Assembly: GCA_965219685.1 (NCBI GenBank)
Contig: CBDCOH010000002.1
Coordinates: 4,326,482 to 4,390,481 of the forward strand
Source of the DNA: Candidatus Spongiisociaceae bacterium
GTDB lineage: Bacteria > Actinomycetota > Acidimicrobiia > Spongiisociales > Spongiisociaceae
Direction: 5' to 3'
DNA: 64,000 nt
The translations under genes were made by a program, and so were the position numbers. The stretch's first letter is position 1, and each line of letters opens with the position of its first letter. Shown here one piece after another: positions 44,015 through 53,529 of the stretch. The notes under the pieces were generated by a model that worked only from the letters and a program-made list of their open reading frames with translations, was not told where the DNA came from and searched no databases.

Positions 44015-44147
44015 AGAGTTGATTCAGAACGAACTTAAAGAGTCTATATCGATATAGTACATCATCACCGGAGTAGAGCACCCCCCTCTCGTTGCAGCCC
44101 GGCTCGAAACTGGAGGAGTAGGGTGTCGTCGATCCAGCGGGAGGCTC

Positions 44148-45065
44148 ATGGTTGATGTAGCGGACCGGATAGGCGGTGGACTGCTGGGGGTCGCAGCGGG
44201 TGATGCGCTCGGCGCGACGCTGGAGTTCATGACCGCGTCGGAGATCCGGAGTCGGTTCGGAGTCCACCGGGAGATCACCGGAGGAGGACCCTTCCGGTGG
44301 CGGCCGGGACAAGGAACCGATGACACCGACCTCACCTGGGCGGTTCTCGCCGCCTATCTCGACGGGCCGTACGATCTCGAACGAGTGGCGGACAACATGC
44401 TCGACTGGTTCCATGCGGGACCCCGCGACATCGGCGGCGCCACCGCCCGGGCCCTGGGACGCCTCGACAGGACGGGCGATCCCCGTACCAGCGGGAACAC
44501 CGGAGAGCGCTCGTGCGGAAACGGGTCCCTGATGCGCTGCATCCCCACCGCCCTCGCCCGCCCCGACCCGGTTCGCCGCCGCATGGAACTTGCCGAGATA
44601 TCCGCGGTCACCCACGCCCACATCCAGTGCACCGACAGTTGCATCGCCTACGGCGAAGTAGTCAACGCCCTGCTCGAAGGCGCCGAGGTTCCGGATGCCC
44701 TGGCCGCGGCCCGGGCCCTGGACCTACACCCGGAGGTCCGAGCGGCGCTGGACATCGATCCCGCACTGCCGGTGGACTGCCTCCAGACCTCCGGTTACGT
44801 GATCGACTCCCTCCGCTGTGCCGTCTGGGCCATCCAGCAGGACGGCACCTTCGAGGAAGTGATAGTCGCCCTGGTCAACCGTGGCCGGGACACCGACACC
44901 ACAGGAGCGATAGCTGGCGGTCTGATGGGTGTGCTGGTCGGCGCCGAAGCCATCCCCGCCCGCTGGCGAGAGAAACTCGAATACCACGAGCGCTTGCTTG
45001 CCGCGGTTCCCAGGTTGGTGGCTCGTCGGGGGCCGACTCCTCGGATCGTGCGCCTGTCACCCTAA
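44148..45065 (+). CDS. ADP-ribosylglycohydrolase family protein
   Basis: GDALGA, TDDT, GNGSLMR, DTDTTGAIAG. Confidence 0.92.
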   Translation: MVDVADRIGGGLLGVAAGDALGATLEFMTASEIRSRFGVHREITGGGPFRWRPGQGTDDTDLTWAVLAAYLDGPYDLERVADNMLDWFHAGPRDIGGATARALGRLDRTGDPRTSGNTGERSCGNGSLMRCIPTALARPDPVRRRMELAEISAVTHAHIQCTDSCIAYGEVVNALLEGAEVPDALAAARALDLHPEVRAALDIDPALPVDCLQTSGYVIDSLRCAVWAIQQDGTFEEVIVALVNRGRDTDTTGAIAGGLMGVLVGAEAIPARWREKLEYHERLLAAVPRLVARRGPTPRIVRLSP

Positions 45066-45288
45066 GACACCGGTTCGATTCGCCCATCCGTGACGGCTTT
45101 GCCAGGGTAAACGGATCTGGCACGTCGCCGGACCATGGATCGCTGAGGCACACCGTCCAGCCACGCGTTCTAGTGGTTGACCGACTGGATTGCCACACGG
45201 TCGGAACCAGTCCGCGATCTTCGCCGGTCGACGGCTATGCGGACGCCTGGTGAAGCGGGACCCGGGCCGGTACCGCTAGCATCATCAC

Positions 45289-46056
45289 ATGGCTCAACTA
45301 CAACTACGCCCGCACAGCGTCGGTGACATTATCGACGCCTCGTTCACTGTCTACCGCAAGCGCTTCGGTCCGATGATCGCTGTGTGCCTGCTACTGGTGT
45401 TCATCCCGTTCGTCGTCAGTCTCATCGGAGGGTGCACGACGGCGAACGCCGCGACATCATGTGACACGGCCATAGGCTGGATCGGCAGTATCGCGTCCCA
45501 GGTCGGAGTGGTCGTAGCGTCTGCGGCCGCCATCCTGGTGGCGGCCGAGGCCTATGCCGGAGTACCCTCCGACTGGCGGGAGTCCGCTGCGGCCGGGCTC
45601 CGCAGGATCGTCCCGATCATCGTCCTCACCGTGGTAGCCGCGGTGCTCATGACGATCGGATTCGTGATCATTCTGGTTCCCGGGATCTTCCTGGCGGTTT
45701 CGTTCGCCGTGGCTACGCCGGCCCTGATGATCGAAAGGGTCGGACCCATCGAGAGCCTCAAGCGATCCTGGCGGCTGGCCACCGGCGAACGATGGAGGCT
45801 GTTCGGCGCCGGTCTTTCGATGGTCATCATCGGGGCTATCGGGTTCGGGATCCTTGCGGTGATCGCCTACTTCGTGCTGTCGGGACTGGCCGGGCTGAGC
45901 GAAGGGGATGCGGCGTACTACGTCCAGCAGGTTGTGACATTGCTTAGCATCCCGCTGACCGCCGCTGTGGGGGCAGTCCTGTATGTCGACCTGAGGGTGC
46001 GCAAAGAGGACTTGGACTCCGCCGAACTCGGCGCGCTCCTGTCCCGGGTGGATTGA
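45289..46056 (+). CDS. Integral membrane protein; paralog of 10400-11188
   Basis: MAQLQLRP...SLKRSWRL...YVDLRVRKEDLD. Confidence 0.75.
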   Translation: MAQLQLRPHSVGDIIDASFTVYRKRFGPMIAVCLLLVFIPFVVSLIGGCTTANAATSCDTAIGWIGSIASQVGVVVASAAAILVAAEAYAGVPSDWRESAAAGLRRIVPIIVLTVVAAVLMTIGFVIILVPGIFLAVSFAVATPALMIERVGPIESLKRSWRLATGERWRLFGAGLSMVIIGAIGFGILAVIAYFVLSGLAGLSEGDAAYYVQQVVTLLSIPLTAAVGAVLYVDLRVRKEDLDSAELGALLSRVD

Positions 46057-46235
46057 CCGGCGAACCGACCACTCCGATCGACGATCCTCGAGTCGGCAGT
46101 GAAGATCGTGCAGGTTTCCTGCCGCGATCCCGACTGTTCCGACAAATGGTGTTTTCGTTGGATCGACGGGTCGCGCATTCATCGGGTCCCATGGCGGCAT
46201 CCGCCGGCAAAGGGCGTAGAATGCTCTGTATCGCA

Positions 46236-46309
46236 GGCCCCGTCGTCCAGCCGGCCTAGGACGCCGGCCTTTCAAGCCGGAAACGCGGGTTCGAATCCCG
46301 TCGGGGCCA
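46236..46309 (+). tRNA. tRNA-Glu (TTC)
   Basis: GGCCCCG/CGGGGCC acceptor stem, CCGGC-CT TTC AA-GCCGG anticodon arm, GGTTCGAATCC; TAGAAT -10 upstream. Confidence 0.95.
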
Positions 46310-46654
46310 CAGCTACAGCGGGATGTTCGCCACTAATTGGCTGTGATGTTCGCCACTTAGCCGCTGAGGGGGTTGCAGGCGCCGGTCTTGGGGTGTTCGG
46401 GCGGTGCCGGGTGGTGGTTCAGCTGGTTTCGCGGTGGGGTGGGATGGTTTTGCCGGCCCGGGGTGGGCGATGTTCGGGACGTGGCGGGTCGGACCCTTCC
46501 GGGTTGCCGCGTCGTGGGGTTAGGCAGCCTGGGGTGGTGCCCTGCTGTGCTGGTTCGGGTTGTGTTCCGCTGGTAGCGGCGAATGTTCGACGGTTGCCTC
46601 GGTGATGTGTGGGGTGTGTTCGAGTGTACTGGTGGGTCGGGTCGAGTGTGGGTG

Positions 46655-46996
46655 TCAGGCTATTCCCAACCGTTCACGGGCCAACGGTCCGAGGGAAGTG
46701 TGCTGGGCGGGAAGCCCACGGGCGGCAGCCTGTTCGCAGGCGGCCATCGCAGCCTCAGCCGTCGCGTGCTTGTCGCGGCTGGGACCGTCGGACCCGTGGC
46801 AGTGAAGGAATACCTCGATGCCCGGATCGTTGGGGTAGGGGAGGGTGTGACGGCAATGAAACGCGTACCGCCACCCGTCGGCGTCGCGGGCGAGCCACAC
46901 TTCCCCGAACCAGCCCGCTTCCGCTTCGGTGCGGGTCTATATGTTCTTGTCGTAGTCGAACGTTCCCCGGGTCCAGCCCGTGGTCTGCCAGCTCAT
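46655..46996 (-). pseudogene. Small hypothetical gene with an internal TAG
   Basis: MSWQTTGWTRGTFDYDKNI*TRTEAEAGWFGEVWLARDADGWRY...ATAEAAMAACE; stop at 46937-46939. Confidence 0.45.
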
Positions 46997-47293
46997 CGTT
47001 CACACGTCCGCACGCACAAAGTGGTAAATGGGCGTTCGTGGTCCCTTAGCGCTTCGGACGCTTGTCCCAGGGCTGCGGTGTCGAACTGCCAGTCACGAGC
47101 GGCGCATGCGGCTTGGGTTGAATCCGTCCTGCTACCGGAAGACGGGAACCCCGCATGGGCCGGAGGGACAAAGCACTGCCCGCCGCGGTGAGCAACCAGC
47201 CCCGATACTCACGCATCAGAGCCACAAACCCAGGATGGTTGGGGACGGGTAGGGCGCGGCCCTTTTGTCTGGCTTCTGTGCCTAGGTCCCCGC

Positions 47294-47656
47294 TCAGCTT
47301 TTGTCGTAGCGTTCGAAGCGGGCGTTCAGCCGTGACATGTCGCCGTGGTCGGTGGTGACGATGAAGGTGCCGAGTTGCTCCGCGACCACGGCAAGGTGGG
47401 CATCGACGACATCGGCGGTGCCGGTCGCTGCCAGCCGCCGGCCGACAGCGACGGACTCGTCTAGCGCATGCACGTCGAAATGGCGTACGGCTCGGCTCAG
47501 GTTGGACTGCCGGGCGGGGTCGTGCCAGACCTGCGCCAGCACAGGATGTGTCGTGTGGAGTTGCTCGCCCCGTTCGGCTGCGCGCTTGACCAGTGCCCAG
47601 AGACGAGAGTTCAGGCGCTCACTGTCGGAGATGAACGGGCCTGCGTCGATGATCAA
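47294..47656 (-). CDS. PIN-domain toxin (VapC-like)
   Basis: MIIDAG, VLAQVW, DVVDAHL, TTDHGDM. Confidence 0.8.
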   Translation of the reverse strand: MIIDAGPFISDSERLNSRLWALVKRAAERGEQLHTTHPVLAQVWHDPARQSNLSRAVRHFDVHALDESVAVGRRLAATGTADVVDAHLAVVAEQLGTFIVTTDHGDMSRLNARFERYDKS

Positions 47657-47898
47657 CGCTCGACTCCTTGACGGTCGAGCACGGTGTCAGCCCAGTCGAG
47701 ATGGGCAGTGTCTATCGGCCCTTCACAGGCTTCCCAGCTGCTGATTAGGTCGAGCAGTGCCCGGCTCCGCCGGCGGCGCTTAACCTCCCCGAGCAGCGAT
47801 CGCTTGATGGCCAGCCGCTTCGTGCCGTCCAGAACCGTCAACTCCGCAAGAGCGGCTTCCATCTCATCGTCGAAGACAATAGTCGTCTTAGATGCCAT
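47653..47898 (-). CDS. Antitoxin (RHH-like)
   Basis: MASKTTIVFDDE...WEACEGP; overlaps the PIN gene. Confidence 0.7.
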   Translation of the reverse strand: MASKTTIVFDDEMEAALAELTVLDGTKRLAIKRSLLGEVKRRRRSRALLDLISSWEACEGPIDTAHLDWADTVLDRQGVER

Positions 47899-48325
47899 AC
47901 GAATATGGTACCACCACCATACAAGTACGGCCACCCCGCGGTTCGGGGAGTCCGAGCACCCGCTGTCGCTCGGTTCGGCGGAGACGCTCGGCGGCGGTGG
48001 CTACGGCCAGTAGGTGATCCCTCACGGCGCTCGCCCGTCAGATGCCCTGTACGGCCTGGCGGCGGAACGTGGGCATGTCTTGTGTCGGACAGTGTCCGCT
48101 GTCTTGGATACGAACTCGGGTGGATGGCGCAGGCCCCTGCGGGAGTGTAGAAGTCCCCGTGGGAATGGTCTTATCACCGCAGGTCAGGGCTGGTGGCGAA
48201 CATCCCACAGCACAGCACAGCACACGCACAATTCCACGGGGTCTTCGCGCGCTTTGGGGTGTTGAGTTCGCGGGTTAGGCGGTTCGGTCGGGGTTTTGCC
48301 GGTTTCGGGGATCTACCACACGCCC

Positions 48326-49078
48326 TTACCCCGGCATTCCTATCCCTTCCCTTCGAGCCTGGTCCGCTCGTGTCGGGGTCGAGGCCGCGCCACCCGGTTC
48401 GGATCCGTCGTGCTTGTACAGAGCCGAAGCCAGCAGGCCGGACGGCACCGCCACTACGCCGAGACCAACGAGCACAACGAAGATGCTGAGCAGCTTGCCG
48501 CCGATGCTTCCCGGCTGGTAGCCCTCCGCCCCGGCTGTCAGCGACAGAACCGCCCAGTAGAAACTGTCGAAGATGCTGACGTACAGCGTGTCGGGCTGGT
48601 CATGCTCGAGTTCATAGATACCAACCGAAGCGATGAAGAGGATCACTCCCGAGGCCGATAGATAAACGAACAGCTCATCGGCGATGTCACGGAACGCCAC
48701 CCGGAACCGGTTGAGAGCCGCGCTACCGCGCACGAGCTTGACGACTCGGAACACTCGCAGCACACGAAGCAGCCGGAACGCCACGGCAAAGGGAAAGTTC
48801 GCGAAGCCCCCGAGCACCGCTAGCAGGTCCACGATACCGAAGAAGGAAAAGATGTACCGACGCCGGGACGGCGCGAACAGGATACGCAGTAAGTACTCGA
48901 CGCTGAACAGTATCCAGGTGACGAGTTCGATCATCCAAAGCCACCGGGGAATGCTCCCGTCGCCGATCGTGTAATGACTATCGGCCACCAACGTGGCCAT
49001 AGACACCAGGATCACAAGGGTGATGAACCAGTTGACGCGTCGCCCGTGGCTGGTCTCAAGATCGAACATTCGACGCAT
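48326..49078 (-). CDS. 6TM voltage-sensor ion channel (Ion_trans family) with an atypical pore loop
   Basis: FSVEYLLR, IVDLLA, S4 FRLLRVLRVFRVVKLVR, pore helix SFYWAVLSL. Confidence 0.85.
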   Translation of the reverse strand: MRRMFDLETSHGRRVNWFITLVILVSMATLVADSHYTIGDGSIPRWLWMIELVTWILFSVEYLLRILFAPSRRRYIFSFFGIVDLLAVLGGFANFPFAVAFRLLRVLRVFRVVKLVRGSAALNRFRVAFRDIADELFVYLSASGVILFIASVGIYELEHDQPDTLYVSIFDSFYWAVLSLTAGAEGYQPGSIGGKLLSIFVVLVGLGVVAVPSGLLASALYKHDGSEPGGAASTPTRADQARREGIGMPG

Positions 49079-49531
49079 GTAGGAAACTCCCCTCGACTAC
49101 GGCCTCGGCGACACACCGCGATCGGCCACGATGATCACACGCTCTCTCACGGCGGGACAGGATAGGAACCGGGTACGACACGCCTGGTTCCGACCGGCAT
49201 GGTGGACCGGCTCGGACTCAATCGGGTTGCGGATGCCATAAACGCTCTCGGTCCGAAAGTTGCCGAATGAGATGACTAGGAGGTGACGTGGTCTCCGAGC
49301 CTCTACCGAGGTTTCGGTCACGGTGGTCGTGAGGATCCCACGACAGACCGCGGGTCTTCGTGTGTTCGTGCGTGGTGGGTTCGCGGCTAGCGGGTTCGCG
49401 GGTTCATGGGTGGTGCCGGGGGTCGTGGAGCCGGTTTGGGTTGTGTGCGGGGTGGTTGTGGTGCCGGTCCGCGCACACGCGGGGATAGCCGCGACTTGCC
49501 CACGGCCTCCCACCCCTAGGCCCATCCCGGA

Positions 49532-49864
49532 TCACGGATCGGTTCTAATTGCCCTGCCGATGAGTTCGGTCAGCCATGCATTGAGACTCTTTTGCTCCGT
49601 CCGGGCCGCGGCTGCCGCGGCCCTATGAACTTGAGACGGGAGACGGAGGGCGATCCTACCCGAGTAGGGGCGATCAGGTTCTCGGCCCCTCTCCGAACAT
49701 ATCGCGAGATACTCGTCCACCGAGTCCCTGAACGTCTGCTGCACTTCCGACACCGAACTGCCCTGAAAGGTGATCACGTCTCGGGTGTCCACCACCTCGC
49801 CGTGGAGGAGGCCTGCTTCGTCGTCGAAGATCACGATTCCGCGATATCCTCGGCACTCCATCAT
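49532..49864 (-). CDS. hicB: HicB family antitoxin
   Basis: HGEVVDTRDVITFQG..V.E....FRDSVDEYL, PYSG, SLNAW. Confidence 0.9.
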   Translation of the reverse strand: MMECRGYRGIVIFDDEAGLLHGEVVDTRDVITFQGSSVSEVQQTFRDSVDEYLAICSERGREPDRPYSGRIALRLPSQVHRAAAAAARTEQKSLNAWLTELIGRAIRTDP

Positions 49865-49880
49865 CGTTCCACTCCTTGTT

Positions 49881-49925
49881 CTACGGCCTGACACCGGCTT
49901 CCGCCAAGGAACCTCCTCGCAGAGG
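49881..49925 (-). pseudogene. 3' remnant of hicA
   Basis: RRFL/AEAGVRP* with a 1-nt frameshift, directly upstream of hicB. Confidence 0.5.
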
Positions 49926-49928
49926 CAA

Positions 49929-50138
49929 TTGATCCAACGCAGAGCAAGGATGCGGTTGCAGCGAGTTGTTGCGGCGACTGCGCTGCAGGACCTGCGGATG
50001 CCGCCGTCCCATCGGCTCAAGGCCCTCCGAGGTGACCGGGCAGGACGGTACAGCATCCGTATTAACGACCAGTGGCGTGTGTGCTTCATCTGGACCGATC
50101 AGGGTGCCGCAGAGATCGAAATCATCGATTACCACTAG
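49929..50138 (+). pseudogene. higB: 5'-truncated HigB (RelE-like) toxin
   Basis: DLRMPPSHRLKALRGDRAGRYSIRINDQWRVCF...EIIDYH; the MIKSF-type N-terminus is missing. Confidence 0.8.
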
Positions 50139-50151
50139 AAGGGACCAACTC

Positions 50152-50445
50152 ATGGCCGCACTTGCAGAGCCGATTCACCCGGGAGAGCACCTGTCGGAGA
50201 TCCTGAACGAGTTGGGCATAACTCAGTACCGTCTGGCGAAGGCCATCGGGGTGCCGCCGGTCCGTATCAACGACATTGTTCACTGTCGACGTTCCATTAC
50301 GGCGGATACGGCGTTGCGGATCGGTCAAGCGCTGGGAATGACCGCGGAGTTCTGGATGACCCTCCAGCGGATATACGACCTGGATGTGGCCCGCGCCTCT
50401 ACAGACACAAGCTGGATAGAACCCCTTGTGGAGGCCACTGGATGA
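50152..50445 (+). CDS. higA: HigA family antitoxin
   Basis: PIHPGEHL, ITADTALR, FWMTLQ..YDL. Confidence 0.92.
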   Translation: MAALAEPIHPGEHLSEILNELGITQYRLAKAIGVPPVRINDIVHCRRSITADTALRIGQALGMTAEFWMTLQRIYDLDVARASTDTSWIEPLVEATG

Positions 50446-50708
50446 GATGTTGAGGACACAGATGACGGGAGAGAGCCTGGGCGACACGCTCACTCTCGGC
50501 CGGTGAGAGAAACTTGAAGTCCCCCCGGTTCCGGCTGGAACACCTCTGTGGACCCTGTCCAAAGCACCTGTTCACGAGTGTTGGCGATGTTCCCACAGAC
50601 TTCCCTAGTCTCGACCCCAAACAACGACAGCGCCATCACAGCAGGACCTGGTTCAGTCTTCGCCTATAGGACTGTCAAGGACGGTATGAGTTCGCGGTCG
50701 GGCAAGGT

Positions 50709-51935
50709 CTAGGGAGACCAGGCCAGCCCTCCGCCATCGCCGCCTATGTTGTCGGTGATCGGGAATTCGGCTCCGGAGTCCAGGTCGATGATGTGGATTT
50801 CCCAGTCGTACAACTCTTCGTTGTCCTCGTAGCTGGAATAAGCGATGTGGTGACCGTCCGGGGACCATACCGGTTCGAAGTCCGAGCGGTCGTTGTCGGT
50901 GATTCGTTGTTCGGCTCCGGTCGCGAGGTCGATGACGTAGATTTCCCAGGTGCCGTGCCGGTTACTTGAGTATGCGAGACGACCACCTTCCGGGGACCAG
51001 TCTGGCCACGCCTCGTCGGTGCTGTTGTCGGTGATCTGTCGTGTGATGCCGGTGTGCAGGTCGTGGATATAGATCTCGGAGTCGCCGAACCGGCGCGCTT
51101 CGAATGCGATCCGGCTGCCGTCCGGGGACCAGACCGGATCCGAACCTGATCGAGGTTCGTCGGTGATGAGGTGCTTGTCGCCGGTGTCCAGGTTGTGGAC
51201 GTAGATGTCCCGATAGCCGACCTGCTGAACCTCGTACGCGATGTGGCTGCCGTCCGGTGACCACCGGGGGAGAAACCCCGAGCCGGCGTCGCCGGTGACC
51301 TCGTGTTCGACTCCGGTGTTCAGGTCGTGGATGTAGATCCCGTAGTCGCCGTCCCGGTGGCTGTGGTACGCGATGTGGATGCCGTCCGGCGACCATTCGG
51401 GCCGCCCTTCGTCGCTGGTGTTGTCGGTGACCTGGTGTTCGATACCGGTGTTCAGGTCGTGGATGTAGATCTCGTAGTCGCCTTCCCGGTAAGCGAAGTA
51501 GGCGATGCGTCCGCCCTCCGGTGACCAAGCCGGGTGACCGTCATAGTCGTTGTTGTCGGTGATCCGTTCCTCGTTGATGCCGGTCTCCAGGTCCCGGATG
51601 TAGATGTCTGTGCCGCCGTCCCCGCTGCTGTGGTAGGCGATGCGACCACGGGGACTCCGAACTGCCAGGGCGGTCGCAGGGGTGGCTTGGTTCGCGGTTG
51701 TACTTGACTCCGCGGCCGTGGCGGAGGGAGGCATGGTGGATGCGGTAGCTGCGGGTTCGGTATTTGAACTTCTCTCGATTCCAGAGGTTGTTGCGGCCGC
51801 CGTGGTCTTCGCCGGGGAAGTTGGTCCCGTGACCGTGGTCGGTGGCTCCGAGACGGCGGTGGGTCCGGACGTACACGCGTTGAGCGTGATGACTCCCATG
51901 ACGATGACAGTGCCGACTCGGGTGGTGGCGGCCAT
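50709..51935 (-). CDS. TolB-like PD40 beta-propeller lipoprotein
   Basis: Lipobox LNAC, Thr-rich linker, about seven PxWSPDGxxIAY repeats. Confidence 0.85.
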   Translation of the reverse strand: MAATTRVGTVIVMGVITLNACTSGPTAVSEPPTTVTGPTSPAKTTAAATTSGIERSSNTEPAATASTMPPSATAAESSTTANQATPATALAVRSPRGRIAYHSSGDGGTDIYIRDLETGINEERITDNNDYDGHPAWSPEGGRIAYFAYREGDYEIYIHDLNTGIEHQVTDNTSDEGRPEWSPDGIHIAYHSHRDGDYGIYIHDLNTGVEHEVTGDAGSGFLPRWSPDGSHIAYEVQQVGYRDIYVHNLDTGDKHLITDEPRSGSDPVWSPDGSRIAFEARRFGDSEIYIHDLHTGITRQITDNSTDEAWPDWSPEGGRLAYSSNRHGTWEIYVIDLATGAEQRITDNDRSDFEPVWSPDGHHIAYSSYEDNEELYDWEIHIIDLDSGAEFPITDNIGGDGGGLAWSP

Positions 51936-52183
51936 CCTTGGCGGTCCCTTCGTTCGAGGACATATGGTCGCACACGGGACTCGACGACTGTCGCATCCTC
52001 GACCGGTTCATCTGGTCGCCACCTGGACTCCCAGATTTCCCGGGCGGTACGGCACCGGTCGACACGGATCTACGAATAGCGCGCGGCATACCCATCCCTG
52101 TCCCCGGGTTCGGGGCCCGGTTGAGCTAGAACAGCTTCCGAACTGGCACTACAAGTGACAGAGGGGGGTTGCTAGCAGGTTCC

Positions 52184-52828
52184 TCACAGGTTCGTCAGCG
52201 GACCGCGCAGGATCGTCCGTCCCGAGTGACCGGCGTCGCCGTCACGGGGTTCGACACTTATGTCGACCACGAAGTAGAGGCCGGGGTCATGACTCTCGGG
52301 GACCTCCAGGCTCTCGGGATCGGTCGGGCTCACGGCGCCGAGCGACACCAGATCGGCGACGTTGCCCTCCTGGTCGGGTCGGATCAGCCAGACCTCGAGA
52401 TCGGCGTCGCCACCCGGCGAAGGAAGGTCCGCGCCGACGATGTCGATCGTCAGCCTTCCGTCGTGGGAGACCAGATTGGCCGCGCCTTCGGCCGCAGCGC
52501 CGAGGGGATCGAAAGCCGCAGGATCGTATCGGAGCGTTGCCGTGGCAAGTATCTCGCCGGCTTCATCACTGGCGGCCAGGAAGGCTGCAACTCCGATCAC
52601 CGAGACGACGAGCGCAGCGGCGATGCCGATCAGGACCCGGGTTGCGGTCCGCCGCCGGGGGCGGAGCGGGACAACGGTTGCCGAGGTGCCCTCCTCCGTG
52701 CCGATCGCCTCTTGGATGCCCTGCCAGACCTCATCCGGCGGCTCCAGCAATTCCAGATCCTCCTGTTCCATGCCACGGAGCAAGGCGTCGAGGGCGCGGT
52801 CGCCGGAATCGACGTGCTTGTCATTCAT
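52184..52828 (-). CDS. Anti-sigma factor (RskA-like)
   Basis: PPDEVW..I, a TM helix, EVWLI, VDISVEP, HSG..ILRG. Confidence 0.85.
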   Translation of the reverse strand: MNDKHVDSGDRALDALLRGMEQEDLELLEPPDEVWQGIQEAIGTEEGTSATVVPLRPRRRTATRVLIGIAAALVVSVIGVAAFLAASDEAGEILATATLRYDPAAFDPLGAAAEGAANLVSHDGRLTIDIVGADLPSPGGDADLEVWLIRPDQEGNVADLVSLGAVSPTDPESLEVPESHDPGLYFVVDISVEPRDGDAGHSGRTILRGPLTNL

Positions 52829-53387
52829 GAGCTGACTCCAGTTGGCGTCGGATCTGCAGGAGGCTCCGCCTGAGGTCGCTCTTCACCGTGCCGAGCGGCA
52901 TCGACATCCTTTCTGCTATCTGGCGATGGGTCAGGTCGTCGAAGTAGTGCAGCATCACAACCCGTCTGGCTCGGTCCGGCAGGGATCGGAGGGCATCCGC
53001 GATCATGAGCCGGTTGGCGATCAGGTCGATCCGCGAGTGGGTGGCGAGTTCGGCCGGGTCGCGGCTGTCACGACGCTCGGCGTGCCTGTTCTCGGCCCGG
53101 ATGTTGTCGATGATCCGGTTCTTCGTGATGGCGACGAGCCAGCCGACGAGGGTGCCTCTGGCCGGGTCGAACCTGTGCCGATTCCTCCAAGCGCTGATGA
53201 AGACCTCCTGCGTCACGTCCTTGGCGCGGGCCTCGTCGAGACTCCGGCGGCAGTAGGTGTATACCAACCTCCCATGCTGCAGGTAGGCCGCCCGCAGGGC
53301 GTGCTCCTCGCCTCGAGCGAAGGCCTTCTCCACGTTGTGGATCGATTCTGACTCGGGGATCGGCACGTCAGAAGTGTAGGACAGCAT
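52821..53387 (-). CDS. ECF sigma factor (SigK-like)
   Basis: DVTQEVFISAW..RHRFDPARG, PLGTVKS. Confidence 0.9.
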   Translation of the reverse strand: MLSYTSDVPIPESESIHNVEKAFARGEEHALRAAYLQHGRLVYTYCRRSLDEARAKDVTQEVFISAWRNRHRFDPARGTLVGWLVAITKNRIIDNIRAENRHAERRDSRDPAELATHSRIDLIANRLMIADALRSLPDRARRVVMLHYFDDLTHRQIAERMSMPLGTVKSDLRRSLLQIRRQLESAHE

Positions 53388-53529
53388 GTGACAGTTCTAG
53401 GCGTAGAGGTCGAGAACGGGACCTGGGGTCGGGCGAGGGCGAGAACCGTCGAGGAGGCAGGGAGTGGGCGGTGCGGTGCGGTCGGGCGAGGAGGAGGGAG
53501 GGTTGTTCCCGACCGCACCGCAATGTGGC

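Larger units (their letters stand above)
46320..48206. mobile_element. Transposase-less element bounded by 14-bp inverted repeats and ACAGC direct repeats
   Basis: GGGATGTTCGCCAC (46320-46333) and GTGGCGAACATCCC (48193-48206); ACAGC at 46315-46319 and 48207-48211. Confidence 0.55.

Noticed and set aside
46937-46939. Stop-codon recoding (pyrrolysine or selenocysteine) at the in-frame TAG here and TGA at 44024
   Set aside because: TAG and TGA terminate many normal genes in the window and no recoding machinery or signal is visible; nonsense mutation is simpler.
47040-47290. Possible structured ncRNA or riboswitch
   Set aside because: No recognisable consensus, promoter or convincing long stems by eye.
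48140-50530. GAAGTCCCC motifs (about 48149 and 50516) resembling IS21-type end repeats
   Set aside because: Too short, in the same orientation, and no istA/istB remnant recognised.
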